DNA from: Sphingomonas sp.
Lineage (GTDB): Bacteria > Pseudomonadota > Alphaproteobacteria > Sphingomonadales > Sphingomonadaceae
NCBI GenBank assembly: GCA_051954635.1
Contig: JBQCHO010000109.1
Span: 10,411 to 74,410, forward strand
DNA: 64,000 nt
Direction: 5' to 3'
In this document: in pieces, positions 9,679 to 19,061 of the stretch
How the letters are laid out: the number at the start of each line of letters is the position of its first letter
How positions within the stretch are numbered: the stretch's first letter is position 1
The notes under the pieces: generated by a model
Seen by the model: only the letters and a program-made list of their open reading frames with translations
The model's database searches: none
Told to the model about the DNA's origin: nothing
Program-made: the position numbers and the translations under genes

Positions 9679-10443
9679 ATGAAACGTGTCGCCTTTCTCA
9701 TTCGCCGGATCGTGCTGCGCAAATTTCTGATCGCCTCGGTGCTGGCGCTCGGCTCGACCGGGGCGCTGGCGATGGCACTGGCCGTCACCCCGGCGCACGC
9801 GCAGATCAGCGTGTTCGATCCGGGCAATTATTCGCAGAACTTGCTGACCGCGGCGCGCTCGCTCCAGCAGATCAACAATCAGATTCAGTCGCTCCAGAAC
9901 CAAGCGACCATGCTCGGCAATCAGGCGCGCAATCTCAGCCGGATCGACTTTCCGGAAGTCGAGGCGCTGACCCAAACGATCCAGCAGGTCGACCGGCTGA
10001 TGAGGCAGGCGCAGTCGATCAATTACCGGGTCGATTCGGCAGGCGCCGAGTTCCGCCAGCTCTTCCCGACGAGCTTCGATCAAGCGCAGACCGCCAACGC
10101 GCATGTGATTGAGGCAAACGCCCGGCTCGATGCCGCGCGCGCTGCCTTTGGGCGGACGATGACCGTTCAAGCGCAGATCGTCGGCAATGTCGGCAAGGAT
10201 GCCCAGACGCTCGACCGGATCGTCGGACGCAGCCAGGGCGCCGAAGGTGCGGTCCAGGTCGGGCAGGCGACCAACCAATTGCTCGCCCTCGTCGCCAAGC
10301 AGCAATTCCAGCTCCAGCAGATGATGGCGGCGCAATATCATGCCGACGCGATCGCCGCGGCGACGAGGTTGCAGGCCAAGACCGACGCGCACGCCACCAC
10401 CACCAAATTCCTCGGCACAGGCAGCGCATACACTGCCGATTGA
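9679..10443 (+). CDS. trbJ: TrbJ (VirB5-like)
   Basis: Signal peptide ending AHAQISVFDP and a coiled-coil Q/N-rich body. Internal ATG of ORF 9514-10443, with GGAG upstream. Confidence 0.8.
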   Translation: MKRVAFLIRRIVLRKFLIASVLALGSTGALAMALAVTPAHAQISVFDPGNYSQNLLTAARSLQQINNQIQSLQNQATMLGNQARNLSRIDFPEVEALTQTIQQVDRLMRQAQSINYRVDSAGAEFRQLFPTSFDQAQTANAHVIEANARLDAARAAFGRTMTVQAQIVGNVGKDAQTLDRIVGRSQGAEGAVQVGQATNQLLALVAKQQFQLQQMMAAQYHADAIAAATRLQAKTDAHATTTKFLGTGSAYTAD

Positions 10444-10454
10444 TCGAGCGAGTT

Positions 10455-10498
10455 GAGGCAGCGCCGGTCCCGCCCTCCCTACGGCCGGACGCTGCCTC
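10455..10498 (+). repeat. Strong inverted repeat (stem-loop) in the trbJ-trbL spacer
   Basis: GAGGCAGCG (10455-10463) pairs with CGCTGCCTC (10490-10498). An inner CCGG/CCGG extension is possible. Confidence 0.6.
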
Positions 10499-10575
10499 GT
10501 CGCGGGGCCTCGATGGGTCAGCCCCCTTCAAGGCCAGCGGGGCTCCGCGACACATTTTCAGTGACCTGAAGGACA

Positions 10576-11886
10576 ATGTTGATGGGTAACCTCAACGTCA
10601 TCGATCGGTTCATGGCGATCTTTATCCGCTATATCGACAGCGGCTTCGGGTTGCTCGGCGGGGACGTCGCGTTTCTGGCGACGACCCTGATCGGCATCGA
10701 TATCACGCTTGCCGGCCTGTTCTGGGCGATGGGTGGCGAGCAGGACATCATCGGCCGCTTCCTCAAGAAAATTCTCTATGTCGGCGCTTTCGCCTTCATC
10801 CTGAACCGTTTCTCGACCCTCGCCGACGTCATCTTCCGCTCGTTCGCCGCTGCCGGAATCACCGCTGGCGGGGGCACGCTCTCGGCTGAGGACCTGCTCA
10901 AACCGGGGCGCCTCGCCGGTACCGGCTTTTCGGCTGCCTGGCCGCTATTGCATCAGGCCTCGCAGCTGATGGGGTTTGCCGGCTTCTTTGATAATTTCCT
11001 GACGATCGCCGTGCTGCTGTTCGCCTGGGTGGTCGTCATTCTCGCCTTCTTCGTCCTCGCGGTGCAGCTGTTCGTCACCATCATCGAGTTCAAGCTCACG
11101 ACACTCGCTGGCTTTATGCTGGTGCCATTTGCGCTGTGGAACCGCACCAGCTTTCTGGCCGAACGCGTGCTCGGCAATGTCGTCAGCTCGGGCATCAAGG
11201 TGATGGTACTCGCGGTGATCGTCGGCATCGGTTCGGGCTTTTTCGATCAGTTCAGCAGCGCGCTGCAAGGTCAGCAGCCCGATATTGGTCAGGCGTTGAG
11301 CCTGATGCTCGCCTCGCTCACCTTGTTCGGGCTTGGCATCTTCGGTCCGGGTATTGCCTCGGGGCTCGTCTCCGGCGGCCCACAGTTAGGCGCCGGAGCC
11401 GCGCTCGGCACGACGATCGGTGCGGGCGGTGCGGTTGCCCTGGGTGGCGGTGCGGCGGTCGGCGCGGCACGGATTGCGGGCGGCGCCGCGCTCGGTGCGG
11501 TACGTGCCGGTACGGCAATGGGCTCGGCTGCTTCGGCCTCTTACCAACTTGGCCAATCGGCTGCAGGCACGTCGAGCCTCGGCGCCGGGCTTGGCGGGAT
11601 GGCACAGGCCGCTGTCGGCGCTGCGCGCAACAAGGCTGGCAATGCGCTTGGCCTGTCCGGCGCCGCAAAGTCCGGACGCGACGCTGCATGGTCGGGATTC
11701 AATCACGACAAGGCGGCCGTGCCCGGCGCCGACCAGGTTGGCAGCGATGGCGCGCCGGCCTGGGCGCAATCGCTGCGTCGCCAGCAGGATGCCCGTCACC
11801 ACCGCAATGTCGCCTTGCAAACCCTCAAGGAGGGCGACCGCGGCGGCGCCGCTGCGACCCCCGATCTCGACCAGAAGGAGGACTGA
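10576..11886 (+). CDS. trbL: TrbL (VirB6-like polytopic membrane protein)
   Basis: Multiple TM segments and a Gly/Ala-rich C-terminal tail typical of TrbL. Operon position. Confidence 0.85.
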   Translation: MLMGNLNVIDRFMAIFIRYIDSGFGLLGGDVAFLATTLIGIDITLAGLFWAMGGEQDIIGRFLKKILYVGAFAFILNRFSTLADVIFRSFAAAGITAGGGTLSAEDLLKPGRLAGTGFSAAWPLLHQASQLMGFAGFFDNFLTIAVLLFAWVVVILAFFVLAVQLFVTIIEFKLTTLAGFMLVPFALWNRTSFLAERVLGNVVSSGIKVMVLAVIVGIGSGFFDQFSSALQGQQPDIGQALSLMLASLTLFGLGIFGPGIASGLVSGGPQLGAGAALGTTIGAGGAVALGGGAAVGAARIAGGAALGAVRAGTAMGSAASASYQLGQSAAGTSSLGAGLGGMAQAAVGAARNKAGNALGLSGAAKSGRDAAWSGFNHDKAAVPGADQVGSDGAPAWAQSLRRQQDARHHRNVALQTLKEGDRGGAAATPDLDQKED

Positions 11887-11890
11887 TCCG

Positions 11891-12664
11891 ATGCCTTTCA
11901 AGCGCAGCGTCCAGCGTTACGGGCGCACTCCCGAGCCCTCGACGCCGTTCCAGCGCGCCGGACAATTATGGGACGAGCGGATCGGCTCGGCGCGCGTCCA
12001 GGCGCGCAACTGGCGGCTGATCGCGTTCGGCCTGCTCGCGGCATCGGGCGCGATGACCGGCGGCCTGATCTGGCAATCGCTGCAAAGCCGGATCGTCCCC
12101 TATGTCGTCGAGGTCGACCGATTGGGCGAGGCGAGGGCCGTCAACCCGGCGGAGGCGGCCTATCAGCCGACCGATCCGCAGGTCGCGTGGCACCTTGCCC
12201 GGTTCGTCGAGCATGTTCGCTCGCTTTCGCTCGATCCGGTTCTGATGCGCAGCAATTGGCTATCGGCTTACGACTTCGTGACCGACCGCGGCCGGCGCTT
12301 CCTCGATGCCTATGCGCGCGCAGCCGATCCGTTCGGCCATATCGGCGAAAAGACCGTGTCGGTCCAGGTCGACAGCGTGTTGCGCGCGTCGGATCGCTCG
12401 TTTCAGATCGATTGGACTGAGACCGCGTTCGAACGCGGCACCCCCGCCGGCGTCTCGCACTGGACCGGCATTTTCACCGTTGCGATCAAGCCGCCGACCT
12501 CGGCCGACACGCTGCGCAAGAATCCGCTCGGTGTCTATGTCGACGCGATTGACTGGAGCCGCGATCTCGACCCCGTGCCGATCGCGCCGCCGTCGTCGAG
12601 GGCAGCCACGTCGAACCCGAAGCCCGCCGACCGCCCCAATATCGATCCGGAGACGCAGTCATGA
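11891..12664 (+). CDS. trbF: TrbF (VirB8-like)
   Basis: MPFKRSVQRYGRTPEPSTPFQRAGQLWDERIG N-terminus and a single TM (WRLIAFGLLAASGAM). Internal ATG of ORF 11420-12664. Confidence 0.85.
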   Translation: MPFKRSVQRYGRTPEPSTPFQRAGQLWDERIGSARVQARNWRLIAFGLLAASGAMTGGLIWQSLQSRIVPYVVEVDRLGEARAVNPAEAAYQPTDPQVAWHLARFVEHVRSLSLDPVLMRSNWLSAYDFVTDRGRRFLDAYARAADPFGHIGEKTVSVQVDSVLRASDRSFQIDWTETAFERGTPAGVSHWTGIFTVAIKPPTSADTLRKNPLGVYVDAIDWSRDLDPVPIAPPSSRAATSNPKPADRPNIDPETQS

Positions 12665-13515
12665 CCCATTTCGTCCTCAGCGCCATCGGCGCTTCGAGCG
12701 CACTTCTGCTGACAGTCCCCTGCTGCGCGCATCCGCACGCGCGCTCGCACGCACGTCAGGGCATGTCGGCGGCGGCGCGCGTCGCCGCGGCCGATCGCGC
12801 AGCGATGCTCGGTCCTGAGCGCAACGCGTCCGATGCCACACAGGTTTATTCCTATACAGAAGGATCGATCTACCATGTCGTCACCGCGCCGGGGCGCGTC
12901 ACCGATATCGCGCTCGAGCCCGGCGAGACGCTCGGCTCGGTCGCGAGTGGCGACACCGTGCGCTGGATCATCGGCGACACTACCAGCGGCGCCGGCGCCG
13001 GCCAGCGAAGCCATGTCCTGGTCAAGCCGGTCGCTAGCGGCCTATCGACCAATCTCGTCGTCACCACCGATCGGCGTACCTATCACCTCCTGCTGACGAG
13101 CAATGCCCACGACGCGGCGACTTCGATCGCATGGCGCTACCCCGCCGACGCGCTGATCGCAGTGCAGACAGCCCCAAAAACCGTCGCTAAAACCACGCCT
13201 GCCTCGACCGGATTCGATGTCGCGGCGTTGCGGTTCGATTACGTCATTTCCGGGGACCATCCGACCTGGCGACCGCTACGCGCCTTCGACGACGGCGTGC
13301 GAACCTATATCGAATTTCCAGCGGCGCTCGCTACCGACGAGGCACCGCCCTTGTTCGTCATCACCGACGGGCAGGCTGAACTCGTCAACTATCGTGTCGA
13401 TCGACGCTATTATGTCGTCGATCGGCTGTTCGACGTTGCCGAGTTAAGGCTCGGCACGCGCCATCAGCAGGTCGTCCGAATTTCGCGCGCAACGCGCGGA
13501 AAGGGCGGGGCATGA
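12661..13515 (+). CDS. trbG: TrbG (VirB9-like)
   Basis: Signal peptide and a beta-rich body. ATGA overlap with trbF. Operon position. Confidence 0.85.
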   Translation: MTHFVLSAIGASSALLLTVPCCAHPHARSHARQGMSAAARVAAADRAAMLGPERNASDATQVYSYTEGSIYHVVTAPGRVTDIALEPGETLGSVASGDTVRWIIGDTTSGAGAGQRSHVLVKPVASGLSTNLVVTTDRRTYHLLLTSNAHDAATSIAWRYPADALIAVQTAPKTVAKTTPASTGFDVAALRFDYVISGDHPTWRPLRAFDDGVRTYIEFPAALATDEAPPLFVITDGQAELVNYRVDRRYYVVDRLFDVAELRLGTRHQQVVRISRATRGKGGA

Positions 13516-14702
13516 CCGCGGCCGCGATGGAGCCGGCGGGGGACGAGGAAGCGTCGCCGGCGATTGCAGACAAGGTCCCGCCCGAAGCGCTTCGACTTCG
13601 CGCACCTGCAGCGCCGATCACCCGCTTTCAGCGCGGCCGAATCATCCTCCTCGCCGCCGCCGCGGCGTTCGCTGTCGCATTGGTCGCTGGCATGGCGCTG
13701 CGCTCACCCCATGCGTCGACCGCGGTGCCCCAGGTCGATGCGGAAATTCCAGCCAAAGGATCGAGCGAAGCGCTTGCCGGCCTCCCTAAGAGCTACGGTG
13801 ACGTACCGCGTCTGGGACCACCGCTCCCGGGCGATCTGGGCGAGCCGATCCTCGATCGCGCGCGCCAAATCGACGATGGTGCTCCTACGGCTCCGGTCGT
13901 GCCCAACGCCGCTGCAACCGCGCGCCAGGCGCGCCAACAAGCGCTAGAAGCGGCTCGTCGTTCGGCACTGCTTGTGACGCCGATGCGAGGGGAACCTGGG
14001 GCAGGGCGGGCGATGTCGTCATCACCGCGACTCTCCCAAGACCAATCGACCACCAGCCCTGGTATTGGCGGAAGCCAGCCGATTCCTGCCCGGAAAAAAA
14101 TGGACGAGACGACCGATCCTGCGCGGCTGACAGCGCCGGTCTCTCCCTATACGCTCAGCGCCGGCAGCATCATTGCTGCCAGTCTGATCACTGGGGTCAA
14201 TTCGGACTTGCCGGGTATGGTCGTCGCTCAGGTGACCCAGCGCGTGTTCGATAGCGCGACCGGCCGGGTGGTGTTGATCCCTCAGGGTTCGCGCCTGATC
14301 GGACGCTATGATCATGACGTCGTCTTCGGCCAGCAGCGTGCCCTGATTGTCTGGGACCGGCTGATCCTTCCCGATGGCCGCTCACTGCAACTCGACGACG
14401 AACCGGCGACCGACCGGTCCGGCTTTGCCGGGCTCAGCGATCGTGTCGATTCGCACGGCGGCGCCCTGGTCAAGGGCGCGGTGTTGTCGACGCTGCTCGG
14501 CGTCGGCAGCGATCTCAGCTTCAACGGTGGCAGCAAACTCGTCGATGCGCTCCGTCAGGCTGCCGGGCAGAATGTCGCCAATGCCGGCAATCGGCTCGTT
14601 TCCAAGTCGCTCGACATCAAGCCGACCCTCACCATCCGCCCCGGCGCGCGCGTTCTGGTCGTGTTGCACCGCGACCTCGTGCTTGCCCCCTGGCGCCAAT
14701 AG
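13512..14702 (+). CDS. trbI: TrbI (VirB10-like)
   Basis: N-terminal TM, a Pro-rich linker and a conserved C-terminal domain (GTRIPAxL-like SAGSIIAASLITGVNSDLPG). Overlaps the trbG stop. Confidence 0.85.
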   Translation: MTAAAMEPAGDEEASPAIADKVPPEALRLRAPAAPITRFQRGRIILLAAAAAFAVALVAGMALRSPHASTAVPQVDAEIPAKGSSEALAGLPKSYGDVPRLGPPLPGDLGEPILDRARQIDDGAPTAPVVPNAAATARQARQQALEAARRSALLVTPMRGEPGAGRAMSSSPRLSQDQSTTSPGIGGSQPIPARKKMDETTDPARLTAPVSPYTLSAGSIIAASLITGVNSDLPGMVVAQVTQRVFDSATGRVVLIPQGSRLIGRYDHDVVFGQQRALIVWDRLILPDGRSLQLDDEPATDRSGFAGLSDRVDSHGGALVKGAVLSTLLGVGSDLSFNGGSKLVDALRQAAGQNVANAGNRLVSKSLDIKPTLTIRPGARVLVVLHRDLVLAPWRQ

Positions 14703-14712
14703 GAGACGTCAC

Positions 14713-14940
14713 ATGCCCGACATCAAGCTTTCCTGCCTGCCCGACCGCACTCCCGTCAGACTGACTTTGAACTTCCTGCCCGAGCTCCACGACGCGCTCG
14801 TCGACTATGCCCGCTTCTATGCCCAGGCTTATGGGCGCGAGGAAAAGATCAGCGATCTCGTGCCCCACATGCTCAGTGCCTGGCTCGACGCCGATCGCGC
14901 CTTCGCGGCCTTTCGAAAGGAACGAGCCGGACGAGCGTGA
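14713..14940 (+). CDS. DUF2274-family small protein
   Basis: 75 aa. MPDIKLSCLPDRTPVRLTLNFLPELHDALVDYARFYAQAYG matches the small protein that routinely follows trbI. GGAG upstream. Confidence 0.7.
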   Translation: MPDIKLSCLPDRTPVRLTLNFLPELHDALVDYARFYAQAYGREEKISDLVPHMLSAWLDADRAFAAFRKERAGRA

Positions 14941-15027
14941 TCGCCGTCGCCGCTGGTCATCGGTGCACGTCAATGCGAGCCGTTGAGGAGAATGACATGG
15001 GCTACACGGGAAAGTTGGGCCGGACCG

Positions 15028-15246
15028 ATGATTGAGAACAAGGGCGCGCTTGTTGAGCCGCATTTCATCACCGTGACCGAATTTGCTCATCTGGCGCGCG
15101 TGTCGCGGCGCACGATCGATCGCTATCGGCGCGCGCGACCGCCGGGATTCCCGAGTGAATTTGACATCGGACGGGGCAACATGCCGCGACCGCGCTTTCG
15201 TCTCATCGACGTCCGCAAGTGGCTGGATTCGCGGGCTCTGTGGTGA
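15028..15246 (+). CDS. AlpA/excisionase-like helix-turn-helix protein
   Basis: FITVTEFAHLARVSRRTIDRYRR...RFRLIDVRKWL resembles HTH_17/AlpA-type DNA-binding proteins. Start chosen at the internal ATG (MIENKG). Confidence 0.55.
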   Translation: MIENKGALVEPHFITVTEFAHLARVSRRTIDRYRRARPPGFPSEFDIGRGNMPRPRFRLIDVRKWLDSRALW

Positions 15247-15311
15247 TCCTGCTTCACTGCTCACAACCCTAGGCAATAACCGAAGTTGCTGAAATAAAAG
15301 CGCGGCTAGGG

Positions 15312-15338
15312 GAAACTTGGTCGCGTCAGTCTTCGTTC
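15312..15338 (+). promoter_or_regulatory. Near-consensus sigma-EcfG-type promoter candidate
   Basis: GGAAAC-N17-CGTT, which has one extra A in the -35 compared with GGAAC. It lies ~150 nt upstream of the SDR gene at 15487. Confidence 0.25.
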
Positions 15339-15486
15339 TGGCAGTACGTCGGATGCGGTGGTGCGCCCCCCGCCTGCCGTGTCCGGCGCCCATTGCGCGT
15401 CTCCGGCCCGGGGGCGGGCGGCCCGTGCTGTCCCCTGCGACCACGAGGCCGGGCGCGGGCTATAACTGCGGGGGCGAGGAGCATGA

Positions 15487-16344
15487 ATGAGCGACGAACC
15501 GACGCCGCCCCATCCCGAGCAGCAGCAGTCGATGCCCGGCGAGACCGAGAAGATGATTCCGCGACCCGACCACGGCGAGCAGAGTTACACCGGTCACGGC
15601 CGACTGAGCGGCAAAAAGGCAGTCATTACCGGCGGCGACAGCGGCATCGGCCGCGCGGTCGCGATCGCATTTGCGCGAGAAGGCGCAGATGTCCTCATTG
15701 CCTATCTGTGCGAAGATGATGACGCGCACGAGACCGCCCGGCTCGTCGAAGAGGCTGGCCAACAGGCCGTGCTTGTTTCCGGCGATCTCAGCGAACCCGC
15801 GCATTGCCGCGCGGTCATCGCCGAGGCGGTCGAGTCATTCGGCGCGATCGACATTCTGGTCAGCAACGCAGCCCACCAGGCCAGCTTCGAGAAGCTCGAG
15901 GATATTACCGATGAGGAGTGGCGGCTGACCTTCGCTACAAATGTCGACCCCTTGTTCTACCTGACCAAGGCAGCGTTGCCCCATCTCGCGGCCGGCGCGT
16001 CAATTATCGCGACGGCGTCGATCAATTCCGATCAGCCGAGCCCGCATCTGCTGCCTTATGCCACCACCAAGGGCACGGTCCGCGACTTTGTCGCAGGTCT
16101 TGCCCAAATGCTCGGCAAACGCGGCATTCGGGTCAATTGCGTCGCGCCCGGACCGGTCTGGACGCCGCTCATTCCCTCGACGATGCCCCCCGAGGCGGTC
16201 AAGGATTTCGGCAAAAATACGCCCCTCGGCCGTGCTGCCCAGCCGAAGGAACTCGCGCCGCCTTATGTTTTGCTGGCAAGCGACGAGGCGAGCTACATCA
16301 CCGGCGCGACGATCCCGGTGACCGGCGGCAGGCCGTTCCTCTAG
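15487..16344 (+). CDS. SDR-family oxidoreductase, YhdF/YdaD general-stress-protein-39-like subfamily
   Basis: Extended N-terminus (PGETEKMIPRPDHGEQSYTGHGRL), then TGGDSGIGRA, NAA, and an active-site Y..K region. Confidence 0.85.
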   Translation: MSDEPTPPHPEQQQSMPGETEKMIPRPDHGEQSYTGHGRLSGKKAVITGGDSGIGRAVAIAFAREGADVLIAYLCEDDDAHETARLVEEAGQQAVLVSGDLSEPAHCRAVIAEAVESFGAIDILVSNAAHQASFEKLEDITDEEWRLTFATNVDPLFYLTKAALPHLAAGASIIATASINSDQPSPHLLPYATTKGTVRDFVAGLAQMLGKRGIRVNCVAPGPVWTPLIPSTMPPEAVKDFGKNTPLGRAAQPKELAPPYVLLASDEASYITGATIPVTGGRPFL

Positions 16345-16351
16345 GGGCCGG

Positions 16352-17374
16352 ATGAATTGCATGAAGCTCAAGGCACTCTCGGAGCAGGTCATCCTCATAA
16401 CGGGCGCGAGCTCCGGTATCGGACTCGTCACGGCTCGTCATGCGGCGCGCAAAGGCGCGCGCGTCGTTCTCGTAGCGCGCAACGAAGGTGCGCTCCAAAA
16501 GATTGCGGCGGAGATCGAAGCGGAAGGAGGAAAAGCACTCGCAGTCGCAGCTGATGTCGGCGATGTCACTCAACTTGCTGCCGCGGCGGAGCAGGCGATC
16601 GTGGCTTTCGGTCGGATCGATACCTGGGTGAACGATGCCGGCGTCGCGATCTACGGTCGCCTCGTCGACACGCCCGACGACGAGCATCGCAAGCTTTTCG
16701 AGACGAACTATTTCGGCATGGTTCATGGTTGCTGCGTCGCAGTCCGGCACTTGCGGGAACGGGGCGGCGCACTGATCACCATCGGTTCGATCGCGTCGGA
16801 CCTGCCTTCACCGGTGCTTGGTGCCTATGCGGCCTCGAAACACGCGATCAAGGCTTATGTCGAGGCGCTTCGAATGGAACTTCACGCCGATGATGTGCCC
16901 ATCTCGGTGACCCTGATAAAACCCTCGGGCATCGATACCCCGATCGCCCAGCATGCCGCCAACCACGGACCTGGACGCGCGTTCGTGCCGCCGCCCGTTT
17001 ATGCGCCCGAACTGGTCGCTGACGCGATCCTTTATGCCGCCGAGCATCCGCGGCGGACTATCACCGTCGGCGGCAAGGGGCGCGCTCAGGTGCTTGTAGG
17101 CCAGTATTTTCCCTGGCTCGTCGACAAGCTGACGCCGCTGATGCGTCGGGTGCTTTTCGATGTGGACCGAGCGAAGGTGGCCGACAATGCGTTGGTCGCG
17201 CCTGCCCGCGATGGGCGTGAGCGCTCAGGCGAGGAGGTGCCCCAGAAGCGAAGCCTCTACACCGCGATCGAGCTGCATCCAGTGAAGGCGGTTTGTGCGA
17301 TCGCCATCGCGGTGGCTCTGGCTTCGACACTGCGCGCCTCGCGCCAGCGACAAGGCCTCAGCCGGCTCGTTTGA
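16352..17374 (+). CDS. SDR-family oxidoreductase with C-terminal membrane anchor
   Basis: TGASSGIGL motif, YAASKHA catalytic motif and a C-terminal hydrophobic segment (VKAVCAIAIAVALASTL). Confidence 0.8.
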   Translation: MNCMKLKALSEQVILITGASSGIGLVTARHAARKGARVVLVARNEGALQKIAAEIEAEGGKALAVAADVGDVTQLAAAAEQAIVAFGRIDTWVNDAGVAIYGRLVDTPDDEHRKLFETNYFGMVHGCCVAVRHLRERGGALITIGSIASDLPSPVLGAYAASKHAIKAYVEALRMELHADDVPISVTLIKPSGIDTPIAQHAANHGPGRAFVPPPVYAPELVADAILYAAEHPRRTITVGGKGRAQVLVGQYFPWLVDKLTPLMRRVLFDVDRAKVADNALVAPARDGRERSGEEVPQKRSLYTAIELHPVKAVCAIAIAVALASTLRASRQRQGLSRLV

Positions 17375-17408
17375 GCGCGCCTGCTGGCGCGAGCTAGGAT
17401 CTGCACAG

Positions 17409-17429
17409 TGCACTGCTCGTCCCAGTGCA
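17409..17429. terminator. Hairpin between convergent genes (weak candidate terminator)
   Basis: TGCACTG (17409-17415) pairs with CAGTGCA (17423-17429). It overlaps the palindrome CAGTGCACTG (17406-17415). A T-run follows only after ~11 nt. Confidence 0.3.
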
Positions 17430-17480
17430 GTACCATTACGTTTTGGCGGGGCTTTTCTGCGCTACGGTCGGCATCGGCGC

Positions 17481-19058
17481 TCAGATACCCTGACCGAAAT
17501 TGTGCAGCGGAAGACGGATTTTGCACCGAGCGCCGTCAGGACCGATCGTCAGGCTTGTCTCAGCATCGAGATCGTAGACCAGGCTGCGTTCGATCAAGTC
17601 CCGCCCGAAACCCTGGACCTGCTCGGTTTCGGCGACGGCGACGCCGTCCGGGCCGGCATCAAACCACGAGAAGGCGAGTACTGGGCATTCCGCCCCGTCT
17701 TCGATCCGCCAGCTCACATCGACTCGTCCGAGATCATTGCTTAGGCCGCCATATTTGACGGCATTGACCACCAGCTCATGGATGGCGAGGCCAAGCGTGT
17801 CAGCGATCTTGGGTGGAAGGCGCACTGTCGGTCCGGCGACGACTAGCCGATCATTCTCACGCGCATGATGGGCAAGCAGTTCATCCGCGACGAGCGTGGC
17901 TAAGTCGACTCCGGCGTGTGGGTTTCTGGTCATCAGCGATTGCGATCTTGCAAACGCATCGAGCCTCCCTTCAAAATTCATCTGAAAGTCCGCAACACTG
18001 GCGCTGCGCTCGAGTGTCCGGCGCGCGATCGACCGAACCATCGCCAAGGTATTGCGTACCCGGTGCTGCAGCTCGGCGACCAGCAAGCGTTCCTGGTCGC
18101 GGAGGGCCCGGAGATCGTTCACGTCCGACGAGGACCCGAGCCATTCGATGATGGCGCCTTGGCGGTTGCGCACGGGCGAGGCGCGTGTCTGGTACCAGCG
18201 GTAGCGGTCAGCTGCCATATCGTACACGCGATATTCAACGCTGAAAGCTATCGCGCTTTTGGCCAACCGCCAAGCTCGGTGCGCGCGCAGCCGATCGTCG
18301 GGGTGAACGCGTTCAAGCCACCCTTGCCCGAGGCTTGCATCACGCGGCTGGCCGGTGATCTCGCTCCATTGCGGACTAGCCCAAGTCCAGTTTCCATCCT
18401 CCTGGGCGCGCCAGAGGAGGAGCGGAACACCTTCCACCAATTGACTGAGCGCGTCTTTGGCCGTCTCGAGGTCATTAAGTGCAGCGCCGCGCTCGTCTTG
18501 GGACCGGCCGAGTTCTTCATCGAGCCGATAGGCAACCGATGCCAGGGTGCTGAGACGAAGCAGCAACCGCGCGTCCTCGCGCTGAAAGCGGCGCTGTTTA
18601 TCGTGTGAGACTGCCCATATCGCGCCGACTGCGGTTCCGTCGCAGCGAAGCGGCACCATCAGAATTTCGCAGATGCCCGGTTCGACTTTCGGTTCGGCAA
18701 AATATCGGCCAGGATCTTCGAACAGCAGCACGGTGTTGCGCGCCACGACGACGCCGCAGGGCGTTTCGTCAAGCTTGGCGGTTTTCCCGACATAGCCGGA
18801 CCATCTGCCTGAAACGGCGCGCCACAAGCAGCGCACTCCATCTTCTTGTGTGATACCTAGGCTGACGCCCGCGGACTCCGCGATTCCTGCTCTTACAATT
18901 GTATCGGCCAAAGCCTGCAGCGGGTCGCATTCCACTTGTCCCAAAACGGCGGAGAGGCCGGCCATCGCATCGGCCTCAAGCCGGTAGTCCGGCTCTCGCG
19001 TCGATCGAGACGCCAATTGGTCGGTGATCAAGACGTCGTCGAGCGTGGCGGACACCAT
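17481..19058 (-). CDS. Sensor histidine kinase, GAF-PAS-HWE/HisKA_2 type
   Basis: N-terminal GAF-like region, a PAS region (WRAQEDGNWTWASPQWSEITG...VHPDD) and an HWE-type phosphoacceptor ELQHRVRNTLAMV. The ATP-binding part is SWFDAGPDG...GFGRDLIE. Confidence 0.85.
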   Translation of the reverse strand: MVSATLDDVLITDQLASRSTREPDYRLEADAMAGLSAVLGQVECDPLQALADTIVRAGIAESAGVSLGITQEDGVRCLWRAVSGRWSGYVGKTAKLDETPCGVVVARNTVLLFEDPGRYFAEPKVEPGICEILMVPLRCDGTAVGAIWAVSHDKQRRFQREDARLLLRLSTLASVAYRLDEELGRSQDERGAALNDLETAKDALSQLVEGVPLLLWRAQEDGNWTWASPQWSEITGQPRDASLGQGWLERVHPDDRLRAHRAWRLAKSAIAFSVEYRVYDMAADRYRWYQTRASPVRNRQGAIIEWLGSSSDVNDLRALRDQERLLVAELQHRVRNTLAMVRSIARRTLERSASVADFQMNFEGRLDAFARSQSLMTRNPHAGVDLATLVADELLAHHARENDRLVVAGPTVRLPPKIADTLGLAIHELVVNAVKYGGLSNDLGRVDVSWRIEDGAECPVLAFSWFDAGPDGVAVAETEQVQGFGRDLIERSLVYDLDAETSLTIGPDGARCKIRLPLHNFGQGI

Positions 19059-19061
19059 GTC

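Noticed and set aside
7301-10112. ORFs 7301-8215 (-), 9110-9652 (-) and 9138-10112 (+) within trbE/trbJ
   Set aside because: They are antisense or out-of-frame relative to genes with clear Walker motifs and operon context.
10509-10565. 18-codon mini-ORF as TrbK
   Set aside because: It has no signal peptide, lipobox or hydrophobic segment.
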